Below, piece after piece: positions 31,407 to 41,833 of a stretch of 64,000 bases of DNA (position 1 is the stretch's first letter; each line of letters opens with the position of its first letter). Made by a program: the position numbers and the translations under genes. Under the pieces are notes generated by a model. That model ran no database searches. It saw only the letters and a program-made list of their open reading frames with translations, and was not told the DNA's origin. Source of the DNA: a virus (taxonomy: Duplodnaviria; Caudoviricetes); the IMG/VR virus record IMGVR_UViG_3300048670_001253, positions 1,619 through 65,618 of that record, one strand, 5' to 3'.

Positions 31407-32036
31407 TTTGAAAACTTTTTTATATTTATTGTGAAGTTCTTTTTTTGTTCTAACACTCTTGCATAATTCAGCGTCCATCTCTGTCGCCATATATGCTTGA
31501 ATTTCATCTTTAATGACTTTTGGATTGTAACCCAAGTCAGTTAAACATTTCTTCATTTTAAGGAAGTCTTTTTTACTTATCGTATTGGTTATGTCATCCA
31601 TCTGATTCTTGTAAACCTCATCAGAATGATAAAATGCATGGCAGAGTTCATGTCTAAATGTAACGCTATCAAGAGATCTTACCCCTATAATATATCCTGC
31701 TTCTTTTTTGTTTATACTTAATACCTTTTCTAATATTTTATTCATGATCAAATCATATGGAGTCTCGACAATGCTTTTTCTATGACAGTCCAGGGCCATC
31801 TTTAAAGGTAAATTAAAACCAGACCAGTCGGAAGCGTAGGTAAAACTATCTCCATGTTTTTTGCTATACCATCTATAATAATCAAATATTGAAAATGCCT
31901 TGCCATTAAACTTTTTGTTTTTTGATTCGTAGTATTCCTGAACCCGGCAGAACAAATTCGCTCTATCGTAATTATCTTTTATAATTACTGCAAAAATTCT
32001 TGGATATATTTGCTTTAAACTATATTCAATTTTCAT
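31386..32036 (-). CDS. hypothetical protein with HExxH zinc-metallopeptidase motif
   Basis: FRHELCHA, downstream DEIQAY. Confidence 0.6.
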   Translation of the reverse strand: MKIEYSLKQIYPRIFAVIIKDNYDRANLFCRVQEYYESKNKKFNGKAFSIFDYYRWYSKKHGDSFTYASDWSGFNLPLKMALDCHRKSIVETPYDLIMNKILEKVLSINKKEAGYIIGVRSLDSVTFRHELCHAFYHSDEVYKNQMDDITNTISKKDFLKMKKCLTDLGYNPKVIKDEIQAYMATEMDAELCKSVRTKKELHNKYKKVFKLFLARY

Positions 32037-32044
32037 TAGTGAAT

Positions 32045-32719
32045 TTATCCGTAAGATTTACTTCTAACTATTGGCGTTTTGCTGTTGGAGTCTATCCCGT
32101 GAACAAAAAATACCTGAGTCAAACGAAATTGATTTTTATCATAATAGCTATTAACTCCATGGTAGCTGGTTGCGTCAAAGCCAATTATTCTATTATATAT
32201 GTTATTGAATCTCACTGTTTCTGTGTATGATGAATTATGTCTATTGATGGCGGCTTCGTACTCTTCAAATTCGCCACCAGTGTAGAACTTTTTTTTCTCG
32301 TCTCCAACGTTTACTGTGTCTTGATTATCTAATCTAAAAACGGAAGTCCCGCTGTTTATATTTATATCGGGCGTGAGATATACCACTCCCGCACAGACCA
32401 CATGCCCGTCTAGATGAACCCATCCCCTATTTATTGGGGAATTCTCATCTTTGCTAAATGGCTCTACTAATTGAAAAGTTGTGTCCATTAACCACCGGAC
32501 ACGAGAAAAATTCATATCATAAAAAATAGAAAAAAATTTATGACAAAATTTGTCAAATAATCCAGAATTTATATCTCTTAATTGTCTTGTTCTTTTACCT
32601 GGATATACGCCTTTTACATCTATTGGATTTTCGTTTATTTCTTTAAGTGCAAGTTCACGTACATAATCTGGATCTTCGTAGAAACCATCCACACAGAAAC
32701 TTGGAAAGTTGTTCATCAA
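32045..32719 (-). CDS. 2OG-Fe(II) oxygenase (DUF6445-like)
   Basis: VDGFYEDPD.VR, YPGKRT, GWVHLD, AGVVYL, YNR, YHG, RLTQVFF. Confidence 0.8.
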   Translation of the reverse strand: MMNNFPSFCVDGFYEDPDYVRELALKEINENPIDVKGVYPGKRTRQLRDINSGLFDKFCHKFFSIFYDMNFSRVRWLMDTTFQLVEPFSKDENSPINRGWVHLDGHVVCAGVVYLTPDININSGTSVFRLDNQDTVNVGDEKKKFYTGGEFEEYEAAINRHNSSYTETVRFNNIYNRIIGFDATSYHGVNSYYDKNQFRLTQVFFVHGIDSNSKTPIVRSKSYG

Positions 32720-32754
32720 AATAGTATAAACATAAAACTTAAGTTGTCAACCAA

Positions 32755-32958
32755 TTAATAAAATATATTTCGGTAAACAAAACAAAAGAATTGCAATATA
32801 GAACATATTGCGGATATTACCATGATCGTGGTAATCACTCCTATTGTGCATCCTCCTGCTATTACAAATGATTTTTTCTTCTGCTGGTTTAAATATAGAT
32901 AAGAAAAAAAACAAGAAAAGAAAACTATTGTGGGCAGGATGTAGATTAAATTATTCAT
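32755..32958 (-). CDS. small membrane protein
   Basis: two hydrophobic stretches. Confidence 0.45.
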   Translation of the reverse strand: MNNLIYILPTIVFFSCFFSYLYLNQQKKKSFVIAGGCTIGVITTIMVISAICSILQFFCFVYRNIFY

Positions 32959-32963
32959 ATAGA

Positions 32964-34199
32964 TTATATACTGTTTTTGATATAATTATTATACTCATCA
33001 TCATTCATTCTATCACTTATTTCTTTGCCTTTTAGGTGCATGTAATCTTCTGATTTTGTGACCTGTTGGTAGTTTAAGAAATATTTTATTTCATCATCTA
33101 ATCCGCTTATCTTGCCAAACTCCACAAAAGATTCTCTGAGTTTATCGCTTAGATTATCTCTCATTCTAATCATTCTTATTATATTAGATTTGTTTAAGTT
33201 ATAGGCAACTCTAAGAATAAAAGCAACTGTATCGGATATTTCATTGGAATACTTTAGTTCATTTAATTTTGATCTTAATTTATTTGGATCATTATTTCTG
33301 AAAATAAAACTCATCGTTGCGATTGGATCACGAGAATTTATCTCGGAACTTAAATCAATCCCCAGCCCAGGGAAAATTGTTGATAATAAACCCAGAGCTT
33401 TATAATTCATCATGTAGGTTCTAACATTTTTACACTTACTCAAACCCGATAAAAATTCATTTGCAATTCTTTCTCCGCTTACTCCATTTAAATCTTTAAA
33501 TTTCCCCACAGCACTTATTGTTTTTTGATCTAAATGATTTGTAATAATATCATCATTGAATCTTGAGAAGAATCTAACAAGTCTTAATACTCTAAGTTTA
33601 TCTTCTCTGAACCTTTCCATAGGATCCCCGACACTTCGGACAGAAAGATTCCTTATATCCTTGAAACCCTCTCCTTCTCCCTTGTCATCTAAATTATAAT
33701 CACGGATTTGCTTGTCATCTAAATCGTAAAAGAGTGCATTTATGTTAAGATCTCTGCGTTTTGCATCCAAACTTGGCGTGCTGTAAGAAACGCTATCTGG
33801 TCTTCTTCCATCTCCTTTTTCTGGATCGTAGAATTCAGTTCTAAATGTTGCTATCTCAAATTCTTTTCCATTTATAATTGCACTTATTACACCAAAACTC
33901 TCTCCTTTTGGAAAAACTTTTATTCCATTATCAATAGCTTCTTTGGAACTTAGTATTTTGATCACCTGATCGGGTGCTTGGTCAGTTGCAAGATCAACAT
34001 CCTTTGGATTATATGGAATATGTTTCTGATGGAATATATGATATAGATAATCTCTTATTGCGCCACCAACTGCGTACAATTTTGCCCCAAATTTCTTGAA
34101 TAGTTGACTTAAAATATCAACTTCCGAGGGCATTGGGATTGATGCACTCATTGCATGATACTGTTCTTCCTCTTTTAGTAGCCAATTTTTGAATTTCAT
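32964..34199 (-). CDS. cca: tRNA nucleotidyltransferase (class II CCA-adding enzyme family), catalytically intact
   Basis: VGGAIRD, PKDVDLAT (DxD), EIATFRTE...GRRP loop, RRDLNINAL, EDKLRVLR; start moved to MKFKNWLLKEE (alternative 34217). Confidence 0.85.
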   Translation of the reverse strand: MKFKNWLLKEEEQYHAMSASIPMPSEVDILSQLFKKFGAKLYAVGGAIRDYLYHIFHQKHIPYNPKDVDLATDQAPDQVIKILSSKEAIDNGIKVFPKGESFGVISAIINGKEFEIATFRTEFYDPEKGDGRRPDSVSYSTPSLDAKRRDLNINALFYDLDDKQIRDYNLDDKGEGEGFKDIRNLSVRSVGDPMERFREDKLRVLRLVRFFSRFNDDIITNHLDQKTISAVGKFKDLNGVSGERIANEFLSGLSKCKNVRTYMMNYKALGLLSTIFPGLGIDLSSEINSRDPIATMSFIFRNNDPNKLRSKLNELKYSNEISDTVAFILRVAYNLNKSNIIRMIRMRDNLSDKLRESFVEFGKISGLDDEIKYFLNYQQVTKSEDYMHLKGKEISDRMNDDEYNNYIKNSI

Positions 34200-34297
34200 G
34201 TTATTTTTGCTCAACATTTTGTAGTTTTCAATATATACTATGTAAATAGCAATAAAATTGATTAAAATCACTAGCCATAAAGTAAAAAGGACAAAAA

Positions 34298-34924
34298 ATG
34301 AAAATTTTCAAGAGCTTGGTCTTAATTTTGTTGATTTCTTGTGCAATTTTGTGTTTTTTAAATGAAAATCACACTAAACGGAGCAATATTAAGCAATCTT
34401 TTGAGGTAAACAAGCCTTATCTTAACATTTTAAAAGATTTTTCAACAAAAAACTCACTAGAAAAGATAGTTGAGCAAAATAATGCTGTGCTTTTGGACAA
34501 AAAATGGGAGTATTTGAACCTTGAAGTGATAAGAATACGCAAACCAAGACAATGGAACGTCGATGGAAGACTAATTTTTACTATTGAGATCAATAATAGT
34601 GATCTAGGTAAACAGAAATTAGAGTTTTATCAAGACATCGACCTAAAAAACAACGTCATGATCATAAAAAATGGTCTAGTTTCTCCTGGTAAGAGCATAA
34701 TTTTGTGTGAGAAGACCATAAAGTTCTTTGAAAAGGACAAAGACAAAACTCTAGTTGAAATTGAGAGCAAACTAGAAGTCAAGAAGCTAATCCCAAAGTT
34801 TTTCATTGAAACAATGGACAAAAAAGTTGATGAAAACAACTTAAAAGAAGTTGAAAACTTAAAAAACAATATTCTCGAAGCAACTAAAGGCGAAAATGCC
34901 ATAATTAGCATTCTGCTCAATTGA
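34298..34924 (+). CDS. hypothetical exported protein
   Basis: N-terminal signal/TM segment; AAAAGGA RBS. Confidence 0.65.
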   Translation: MKIFKSLVLILLISCAILCFLNENHTKRSNIKQSFEVNKPYLNILKDFSTKNSLEKIVEQNNAVLLDKKWEYLNLEVIRIRKPRQWNVDGRLIFTIEINNSDLGKQKLEFYQDIDLKNNVMIIKNGLVSPGKSIILCEKTIKFFEKDKDKTLVEIESKLEVKKLIPKFFIETMDKKVDENNLKEVENLKNNILEATKGENAIISILLN

Positions 34925-34990
34925 ATATTCACCAAAATTACTATATAAGATTAAGCATCTCATACAACCACAGCAAAATAGAGGATAAAA

Positions 34991-35800
34991 ATGTCTTTTT
35001 TTCAAAATTTATTTAATTCGGAGTTCAGGGGAAATTGGGCCTTAGATGATAAGAAGTATTCACTAACATTTATATGTCCCGCAAACCAAAATAGTTCTAA
35101 TTTTCAATCAACCTATAATGTCGGACCATGGGATTTAAACGGAAAAGAAAATTTGACATTAAATTATGCCTACGACCCTGAATTTAAAAATTATACCGCA
35201 CTAAATGTCGATGTATCAGGAGAAAATTCATCCTCCACAACAGTAAATGAAGTTTGCGATGCATTAAACTCAGACGAAACATTTGCCAGTATGTTTCGTG
35301 CCAACTTAAATGGATCCGCTGTAGTAATTACCGCCAATCCGACCAGAAAAAAAGAAATAAAATTGTGGATAAGTAATTCTGGTGCTGAACAATCTTTGCG
35401 CTTTAATAAAAAAGCCGGTGTATCTGAATTACCATCTTATTTTGCAAGACATACGATTGAAAACAGATTCAATTTTCCTGATTCAACTGGACAGCTTATT
35501 CTTCTTGATGAAAATGACTCAGCAGATCAAGACATCATAGAGAGTGCTGGGTTCTCACCTTCCGATATGAAGCAAGACTGGGAATTGATATCAGGCAGAG
35601 CCTCTGGACTTTTCACTTGCCAAAAATTAACCGTTGATGGCAGCGATAGAATAACACAAATAATAGAGTATCCCACTGGTGCTGTTGCTGGCGCATTCGC
35701 CAGAAAGATAAACTACACATATTCTGGCGGTAATATAAATCCAGACACTGTTACAGAGATTCCATATGTGTTGGCTGCCGGTGATTTGATTACTCCATAA
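34991..35800 (+). CDS. hypothetical (probably structural) protein
   Basis: GAGGA RBS; 269-aa ORF. Confidence 0.7.
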   Translation: MSFFQNLFNSEFRGNWALDDKKYSLTFICPANQNSSNFQSTYNVGPWDLNGKENLTLNYAYDPEFKNYTALNVDVSGENSSSTTVNEVCDALNSDETFASMFRANLNGSAVVITANPTRKKEIKLWISNSGAEQSLRFNKKAGVSELPSYFARHTIENRFNFPDSTGQLILLDENDSADQDIIESAGFSPSDMKQDWELISGRASGLFTCQKLTVDGSDRITQIIEYPTGAVAGAFARKINYTYSGGNINPDTVTEIPYVLAAGDLITP

Positions 35801-35836
35801 TGTTCCTCCAAAATCTTTTTTATGGACGTTTAAAAT

Positions 35837-37084
35837 ATGTCAAAACAATTAAGACCTCATGGTCATAATAAATTAACAAAAAATATCAATCATAGATTTT
35901 GGAAAAGACCTCTGTATAGACTTCCAAAACAAATATTAAATTTAAGGAATGCTAACAACACAGAAGGATCAACAACAACGCCACCGGGCTTCGGCACTTC
36001 AGGTTTTCAATGGATGACAATTAATTCTGTTACCTCAAGCACGGCAACTGGAATTGGTCAAAATAATATTACAATATCGATTGTCCAAAGTGGTGGGGGT
36101 ATGGGCGAACATCCTGGTATGTATTCTCCGGCATCCTTTCCCGCAGAGTATGGTGTTCCATTCTATGGCACTCAAATAATGAATACACAATCCGGAACGT
36201 TTACTGCGACTTTCAGCAGCCCTGTTACGGATGCTTTGGTTGCATTCGCTAGTGTCGGAAACCCCAGTCTTTATGTCCCCGTTGAAGTATCAGCCCCCTT
36301 TACTCCAATTTGGAATATTGATACAAGCTTTGAGGACCCAGTAATTGGTACCCAACAATATAGTAAATTTACTGGAAACGAGGGATTTAATATTATTAGA
36401 ATAGACGGAACAGTAAGTAGTGTAACTTTTAACTATACTGTTGATGAGGTTTATTGCACAGTTTGTTTTGGGTTTGTTGATCAAAATACAACAACCACGT
36501 TACCTCCAACTCCAACACTTACTAATACTCCAACACTTACAAAAACTCCAACGCTTACTAATACTCCAACGCTTACTAATACTCCAACGCTTACTAATAC
36601 TCCAACGCTTACTAATACTCCAACGCTTACTAATACTCCAACACTTACTAATACTCCAACAAGCAGTCAAGCACAAGCCGCCTCTTTACTAACTATATCA
36701 CGAAACAACGGATCGGGAATCACGTCCTCGTTCTCTGGCAGCGGTACGACAGCCAGCCCGTTTCTGCGTGCTGCGGGCATTTTCCTCGACGACGATAACG
36801 GACTGTCGCACTATACGTGGACGGTTGGCGGGCCATGCACCGTGTCAGTCAGGTGGGATTATAACGACGATGACGACAACGGATACGGTTCGTCGATACT
36901 AAAAAATAATGTGCGTCAGGTGATTGGAACAAACTCAAATCAAAGCACCGTCACGCCCGGCTTGTATCGGTCGCAAACCAACATCACCGGAACATTCTCC
37001 GCAACAACCGGCGACGTTCTGCGGTTCACAGCCGAGATTTCGTACTCGCAATATTTTGCAAACGTTAGTATTTCGGCAGCATGA
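35837..37084 (+). CDS. putative structural protein with TPTLTN repeat linker
   Basis: 415-aa ORF; 18-nt tandem ACTAATACTCCAACGCTT units. Confidence 0.7.
   Translation: MSKQLRPHGHNKLTKNINHRFWKRPLYRLPKQILNLRNANNTEGSTTTPPGFGTSGFQWMTINSVTSSTATGIGQNNITISIVQSGGGMGEHPGMYSPASFPAEYGVPFYGTQIMNTQSGTFTATFSSPVTDALVAFASVGNPSLYVPVEVSAPFTPIWNIDTSFEDPVIGTQQYSKFTGNEGFNIIRIDGTVSSVTFNYTVDEVYCTVCFGFVDQNTTTTLPPTPTLTNTPTLTKTPTLTNTPTLTNTPTLTNTPTLTNTPTLTNTPTLTNTPTSSQAQAASLLTISRNNGSGITSSFSGSGTTASPFLRAAGIFLDDDNGLSHYTWTVGGPCTVSVRWDYNDDDDNGYGSSILKNNVRQVIGTNSNQSTVTPGLYRSQTNITGTFSATTGDVLRFTAEISYSQYFANVSISAA
36505..36660 (+). repeat. 18-nt coding tandem repeat (TNTPTL)
   Basis: about 8 near-identical units visible. Confidence 0.95.
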
Positions 37085-37219
37085 GTAGTAAGATAACACA
37101 AACCAGCCCCTAAAGAGACTCGTTTATCCGCAATAACAACTCTTTTGTTTGCATTGTTGTTAATCAAATTACGATAACTATTTATTTTAATTTTGTATTA
37201 TTATCTACTCAATTAGTCA

Positions 37220-37687
37220 ATGGACAGTTCCGAGAAAATAAATAAAAATTATTGGTCTTCTATTCTGCCGCATCCGTTATCACCCTCAGATGAGGATACA
37301 GAGATATATAAAAATCATTTAATCCAGGGAGATACAATGCTTCTTGGCTGTACTCATAAACTCATTAAGCTTAGTGATTTTCAAATGGATATTGATCCTT
37401 GGTATGATTCATCGACTGTGATAGTCGGGGATTGGGTCAACAATAACAAGAAATACAATAACATTATTGGAGATGGTGTTTTAAATTTTACAAAAGAACT
37501 CTGCGATAATGTTTTAAAGATGTGTAGCAAATACTCTGATACACTTATAGTCAGAAGTTTTAATTATAAATTAGAACCAATGAAAATAGCCGATCATTTT
37601 CCAAATGAAAATGATTTTATTATTAAACCCAACAAATCCATCAAATTCAAAGAATACTCTTTTTATATTTGGAAATTCCATGAATGA
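37220..37687 (+). CDS. minimal SAM-dependent methyltransferase-like protein
   Basis: MLLGCT, DIDP, GDW, IIGDGVLNF. Confidence 0.55.
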   Translation: MDSSEKINKNYWSSILPHPLSPSDEDTEIYKNHLIQGDTMLLGCTHKLIKLSDFQMDIDPWYDSSTVIVGDWVNNNKKYNNIIGDGVLNFTKELCDNVLKMCSKYSDTLIVRSFNYKLEPMKIADHFPNENDFIIKPNKSIKFKEYSFYIWKFHE

Positions 37688-38711
37688 AGTAATTTATGAT
37701 AATGTAAAAAAACTACTTAATATTTTCGAAGAATCTCAATGGAGCCACAAGGTTAATTACGACTATTTAAAAAACTTTAAAGTCATGACCAGAGAAGATC
37801 TAAGAAAAGTAAGAATGAGAAAAGACTTATCTCGAACAAGAACGTCTGGTTCAACTGGCGAGCCCGTTACTGTTGCAAAAACTTCATTGGATTTTATTTG
37901 GTACTTAGCGACCAATATAAGAGAAATCAAATGGAGAAAATGGGATGTGTCAAAGAATATAGCCATAATCAGACCAGGCTCTAAAACGCTTGATATGAAT
38001 TCCTGGGGCATACCGAGGAACATAGAAAAGACCCAAGGCAAGACTTTTAAAATAGGTTATTCATCCGTATCTAGTCTTCAGAAATGGTTAGAAGAAAAGA
38101 ATCCCCACTACCTGCATTGCGCTCCATCTATTATCGAACAGTTAGACTTATCAAAAATCTCAAATTTAATTGATTATAAAGGAACAAGTGAAATGGGAGG
38201 CTCCATGTACTCCAGCGAGGAGTGTGGAACAATAAGTATTCAATGCCCAGATAATCCATCTGTTCAACATGTGATGGAGAATCAAATCGTAGAAGTTGAT
38301 GAAGATGGCGGAATAATAATTACAACTACTACTAATCCTTATATAAAAAGATATAAACATGGTGATCACATAGAGCTTGGAGAATGCGCATGTGGTAGAA
38401 AACTGCAGACAATTAAAAAGATACATGGTAGAGTAAGGAATATGTTTGTTTTTCCAAATGGAGATAAAAAATGGCCCCTAATAGGCAGCAGAGACTACTA
38501 TGAAAAATTCGGAATTAAAAGATTTAAGATAATACAAACCACACTAGAAGACCTTGAAATACAAATAATCTCAGAAAAACTCGGAAATAAAGAAAATGAA
38601 CTCAAAGATTTTGTGAAAAGTTGTATAGAATCCCCAATAAATGTCCATATTAAGTATGTTGATGAATTTCCAAACTATAAATTCGAAGAATTTGTGTCGT
38701 TGGTAACATAA
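37680..38711 (+). CDS. ANL adenylate-forming enzyme (phenylacetate-CoA ligase/CapK-like)
   Basis: TSGSTGEP, YSSEECG, RYKHGD, GRVRN; start at an ATGA overlap. Confidence 0.8.
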   Translation: MNEVIYDNVKKLLNIFEESQWSHKVNYDYLKNFKVMTREDLRKVRMRKDLSRTRTSGSTGEPVTVAKTSLDFIWYLATNIREIKWRKWDVSKNIAIIRPGSKTLDMNSWGIPRNIEKTQGKTFKIGYSSVSSLQKWLEEKNPHYLHCAPSIIEQLDLSKISNLIDYKGTSEMGGSMYSSEECGTISIQCPDNPSVQHVMENQIVEVDEDGGIIITTTTNPYIKRYKHGDHIELGECACGRKLQTIKKIHGRVRNMFVFPNGDKKWPLIGSRDYYEKFGIKRFKIIQTTLEDLEIQIISEKLGNKENELKDFVKSCIESPINVHIKYVDEFPNYKFEEFVSLVT

Positions 38712-38719
38712 ATAGTATT

Positions 38720-40012
38720 ATGAGTTTTAAAGTTTGGCTTGAAAGAAGCGAAGTATCTTCACCAGCGTTATTTGAAAAAGTTAAACAGCTAAAAGGTCTG
38801 TACTCTGGTGTTCATTTTTCAAAAACAGACTTCTTAAGTTTAAATCCAAGTCCAAGCCATTTTGATCCAATAGGGGTTTATGTTTTTCCAAAAGACTATG
38901 TTTTGGGGAATGGACTGTTTCGAAACAATATGTTTGCAAGCTATCCATATGTATTCCTAATCGAACCCTCAGAGAGCGCCAGAGTTTTAAATCTCGATAT
39001 GGATAAAAACACTGCTGGTAAACTTTTAAGTGATATGGGAATAGATAAAAGTCTTTTAGATAGCGATGAAGTTTATCATAATTCAGGCAGTAATTCTCCT
39101 GGTCATCTTTTCTGGGGAGTTTTAGAGAAGATAAGAAATGAAAAAAGATTACCCAGAAACTCTTCTTGGAACAGCTTCTTTAAAAAGACTGGTTATAATG
39201 TTTTATATGATCCTGGACTGGGTATAATTCATAGTAACGAACCTAATCAAGTTGTTTATTTGGATCCTAAGTCATATAGAGTTGTAGATTTAATAACCAA
39301 TGATAGTGGCTATAAAATACTATATTCTATAGCTAAAAACTTCCCTGAATACCAACTATTTAAGAAAAAATCAAGAGGATGGTACGGAGAAGGCAAAACA
39401 GAGATAACACTTAAAGATAAAGATAAATATTCAACAATAGAATTATCCAACTCCAAAGAATATCCAAACACCGTGTGGTGTGTGGTGTATGGGTATACAA
39501 ATGAATTCAAAAAAGAGTTTTCAATAAAGAGTAATGACGACTTGGCAAAAGCAATTCAAGAAATTAAAGATTTTCTTAAAACAGAAAAAAAGGAAAGAAG
39601 TCTTTCGTTATCAAGCGACTATAGTAAAATGGAAAATATAGCCAATACATATGTCCTTAAATATGATAAAGAATATCCAGCAATAATAGAAAAGAACTAT
39701 AAAAATAATACAAAGTTTATTATTAATTATATGCCGAGTAAAAAAGAAATAGCAATGCGAGTTAAAAAAGGATATTCACCCGGTTCATATTATAATTTCT
39801 CTTACCACGTAGACTTAATATCTTCAGAGTCCACCAGTCCAGAAGAAGATGTGAAATCTCTAATCGAGAAGATTAAAAATAAAATAAAAGATGATATAAA
39901 AGTTTTTAGATTATCTTCAAATCCTAGTGCGCAATACCAAGCAGAGGATGCTTTAAAGTTTGTTGAATTTCTTGAGAATAGAGTCTTTATTAAAAGAAAA
40001 CAATCAATATGA
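38720..40012 (+). CDS. hypothetical protein, possible ADP-ribosyltransferase-like N-terminal fold
   Basis: N-terminus MSFKVWLERSE; GVHFS, GVYVFP, NEPNQVVYL pattern; not searched. Confidence 0.5.
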   Translation: MSFKVWLERSEVSSPALFEKVKQLKGLYSGVHFSKTDFLSLNPSPSHFDPIGVYVFPKDYVLGNGLFRNNMFASYPYVFLIEPSESARVLNLDMDKNTAGKLLSDMGIDKSLLDSDEVYHNSGSNSPGHLFWGVLEKIRNEKRLPRNSSWNSFFKKTGYNVLYDPGLGIIHSNEPNQVVYLDPKSYRVVDLITNDSGYKILYSIAKNFPEYQLFKKKSRGWYGEGKTEITLKDKDKYSTIELSNSKEYPNTVWCVVYGYTNEFKKEFSIKSNDDLAKAIQEIKDFLKTEKKERSLSLSSDYSKMENIANTYVLKYDKEYPAIIEKNYKNNTKFIINYMPSKKEIAMRVKKGYSPGSYYNFSYHVDLISSESTSPEEDVKSLIEKIKNKIKDDIKVFRLSSNPSAQYQAEDALKFVEFLENRVFIKRKQSI

Positions 40013-40338
40013 AAGAAAAATATATTATAAACGAGTTTGATGAGTTTGCAAAAGAGATAAGAGAGATAGTCGCACGCAATTTAGGTGCAGATGACATGGA
40101 GGATATAAATAGTTATATAACCGTTAATCAGGTTAAAGGATTAATAATAGAGCACGCCACCAGTATGAAAAATGATAAACCTATACTTGATGAGAAAGGT
40201 TTATTCGATGCATGTGAAGAAATACAGTCGATGATAATGGATGCTGGACTGTCTAAACTAGCAGCCAAAGGACTAATAGAGTGCAGCTGGAGTGATGAGG
40301 ATGAAGATTTTATCTTTTGGTTACCGGATAAAAAATGA
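40009..40338 (+). CDS. hypothetical protein
   Basis: ATGA overlap with the upstream gene. Confidence 0.65.
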   Translation: MKEKYIINEFDEFAKEIREIVARNLGADDMEDINSYITVNQVKGLIIEHATSMKNDKPILDEKGLFDACEEIQSMIMDAGLSKLAAKGLIECSWSDEDEDFIFWLPDKK

Positions 40339-40922
40339 TTATTTCCCTTTTATTTTTAGCTCCATTTTTAATATACGTTCCACTCTGTTTACTCTCTATA
40401 TTGTTGCGATATCCATTCTTTTTAGAGAAGCAAACAGGAAGAATAAACTTATTTATAATTAAAGACAATATTCACTCTGACTTAGTTTTTGAATCCAAGT
40501 ATTGGAAAGGTTTATTTAACACTAATAAAAAGTATGTGATTATTGGATGGGGTGATCGTAAAATATTTTTAGAAACAAGTTCCTGGGGCAAGTTGAAATT
40601 AATAAACGTTATTAAAGCATTTTTTGGATTAAATTCTAGTATCGTTAGAGTTGAATATGTTAACGAATTGCCAAAAAATAAAAAGATTAATAAATACAAA
40701 ATAAATAAGAATCAATTATCTGTATTAAAAGATCATGTTTTAGATTCACTCAAGAATCTTAAAAAGATTAAAAAACTCAAAACATATTATCAAAAAGGAG
40801 ATTTTTACTCTTCTGATTTAAGATATAGTTGCATCTATACATGCAACAATTGGGTGAATATTGCACTAAGAAAAATAGGAATGAGCAATAAAATTTGGTG
40901 TCCAATTAGTTTTTGGTTATAA
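40335..40922 (+). CDS. DUF2459-like protein
   Basis: IHSDLVF, GWGDRKIFL, FY.S..RYS.I.TCNNW. Confidence 0.75.
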   Translation: MIISLLFLAPFLIYVPLCLLSILLRYPFFLEKQTGRINLFIIKDNIHSDLVFESKYWKGLFNTNKKYVIIGWGDRKIFLETSSWGKLKLINVIKAFFGLNSSIVRVEYVNELPKNKKINKYKINKNQLSVLKDHVLDSLKNLKKIKKLKTYYQKGDFYSSDLRYSCIYTCNNWVNIALRKIGMSNKIWCPISFWL

Positions 40923-40926
40923 AGAA

Positions 40927-41364
40927 ATGGGAATAATTATGCCCTGGTATATTCCAGCAATACTTACCGCTTTTTGTTGGGCACTATCTTATAGTTGCGC
41001 CGAAGTTGCACTTAAAAGTGTAGACCGAAAAATGTATTTAGCATTAAGCGGAACAACCAATTGTATTTTTTGGATGATTTGGCTTTTAGCCAGTAAAGCT
41101 AAAATACAATGTGACTTTAATCCAAATTCAATCTTTTGGATGACATTAGCATTTTCTGCATCTATAGCAGGAAACTATCTTTGCATAAACGCAATACAAA
41201 GTAAAAGCGCAACCCACGCAAGCATAATCGAAACTTCTTATCCTTTATTTTGTATTTTATTTGCATTCTTAGCGACAGGACAGTTCCAATTGTCTCTAAT
41301 CTCTAGTCTTGGAGCAATAATAGTCGTGATTGGTATGGTAGTTTTTATACTAGGCTCAAACTGA
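40927..41364 (+). CDS. EamA/DMT-family small transporter
   Basis: several TM helices; ASIIETSYPLF...FA. Confidence 0.75.
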   Translation: MGIIMPWYIPAILTAFCWALSYSCAEVALKSVDRKMYLALSGTTNCIFWMIWLLASKAKIQCDFNPNSIFWMTLAFSASIAGNYLCINAIQSKSATHASIIETSYPLFCILFAFLATGQFQLSLISSLGAIIVVIGMVVFILGSN

Positions 41365-41833
41365 AAGGCTAATTATGAAAAAAGTTAAATCATATCCTTT
41401 GACAAATGGACCCAGAATTAAAGAACCAGAGAAGAGAAAATTGTAATGATTATTTTAGTTATAATTTTATCATTGTTTATTTTAGGAGTTCTATCAATAA
41501 TTCTAGATCATTTTTTCACACCAGAAGAGATAGAAATCAGGAGAGAAGTTCCAAAAAATAATTATTACAACGAATACGCAGAAGTTATCTTTAATGATGA
41601 TGATCTTGATTTTTAGTAATAGTCTTTATCATCCTTTTCCTCCAATTGCCTCAACTTGACTAGAATAACCTCTAGTTTCTTACAGATATCATCTAGTTTC
41701 TTTCCTATTAAATTGACTTCACTTTTTTCACTAATCTCTTGATTACTCTTCTGAATCTCTTTGATGATATTATTAATATCTCTGGACATGTGTTCCTTTC
41801 TCCGCCAGGACTATATTATATATTAGTAAAAAA

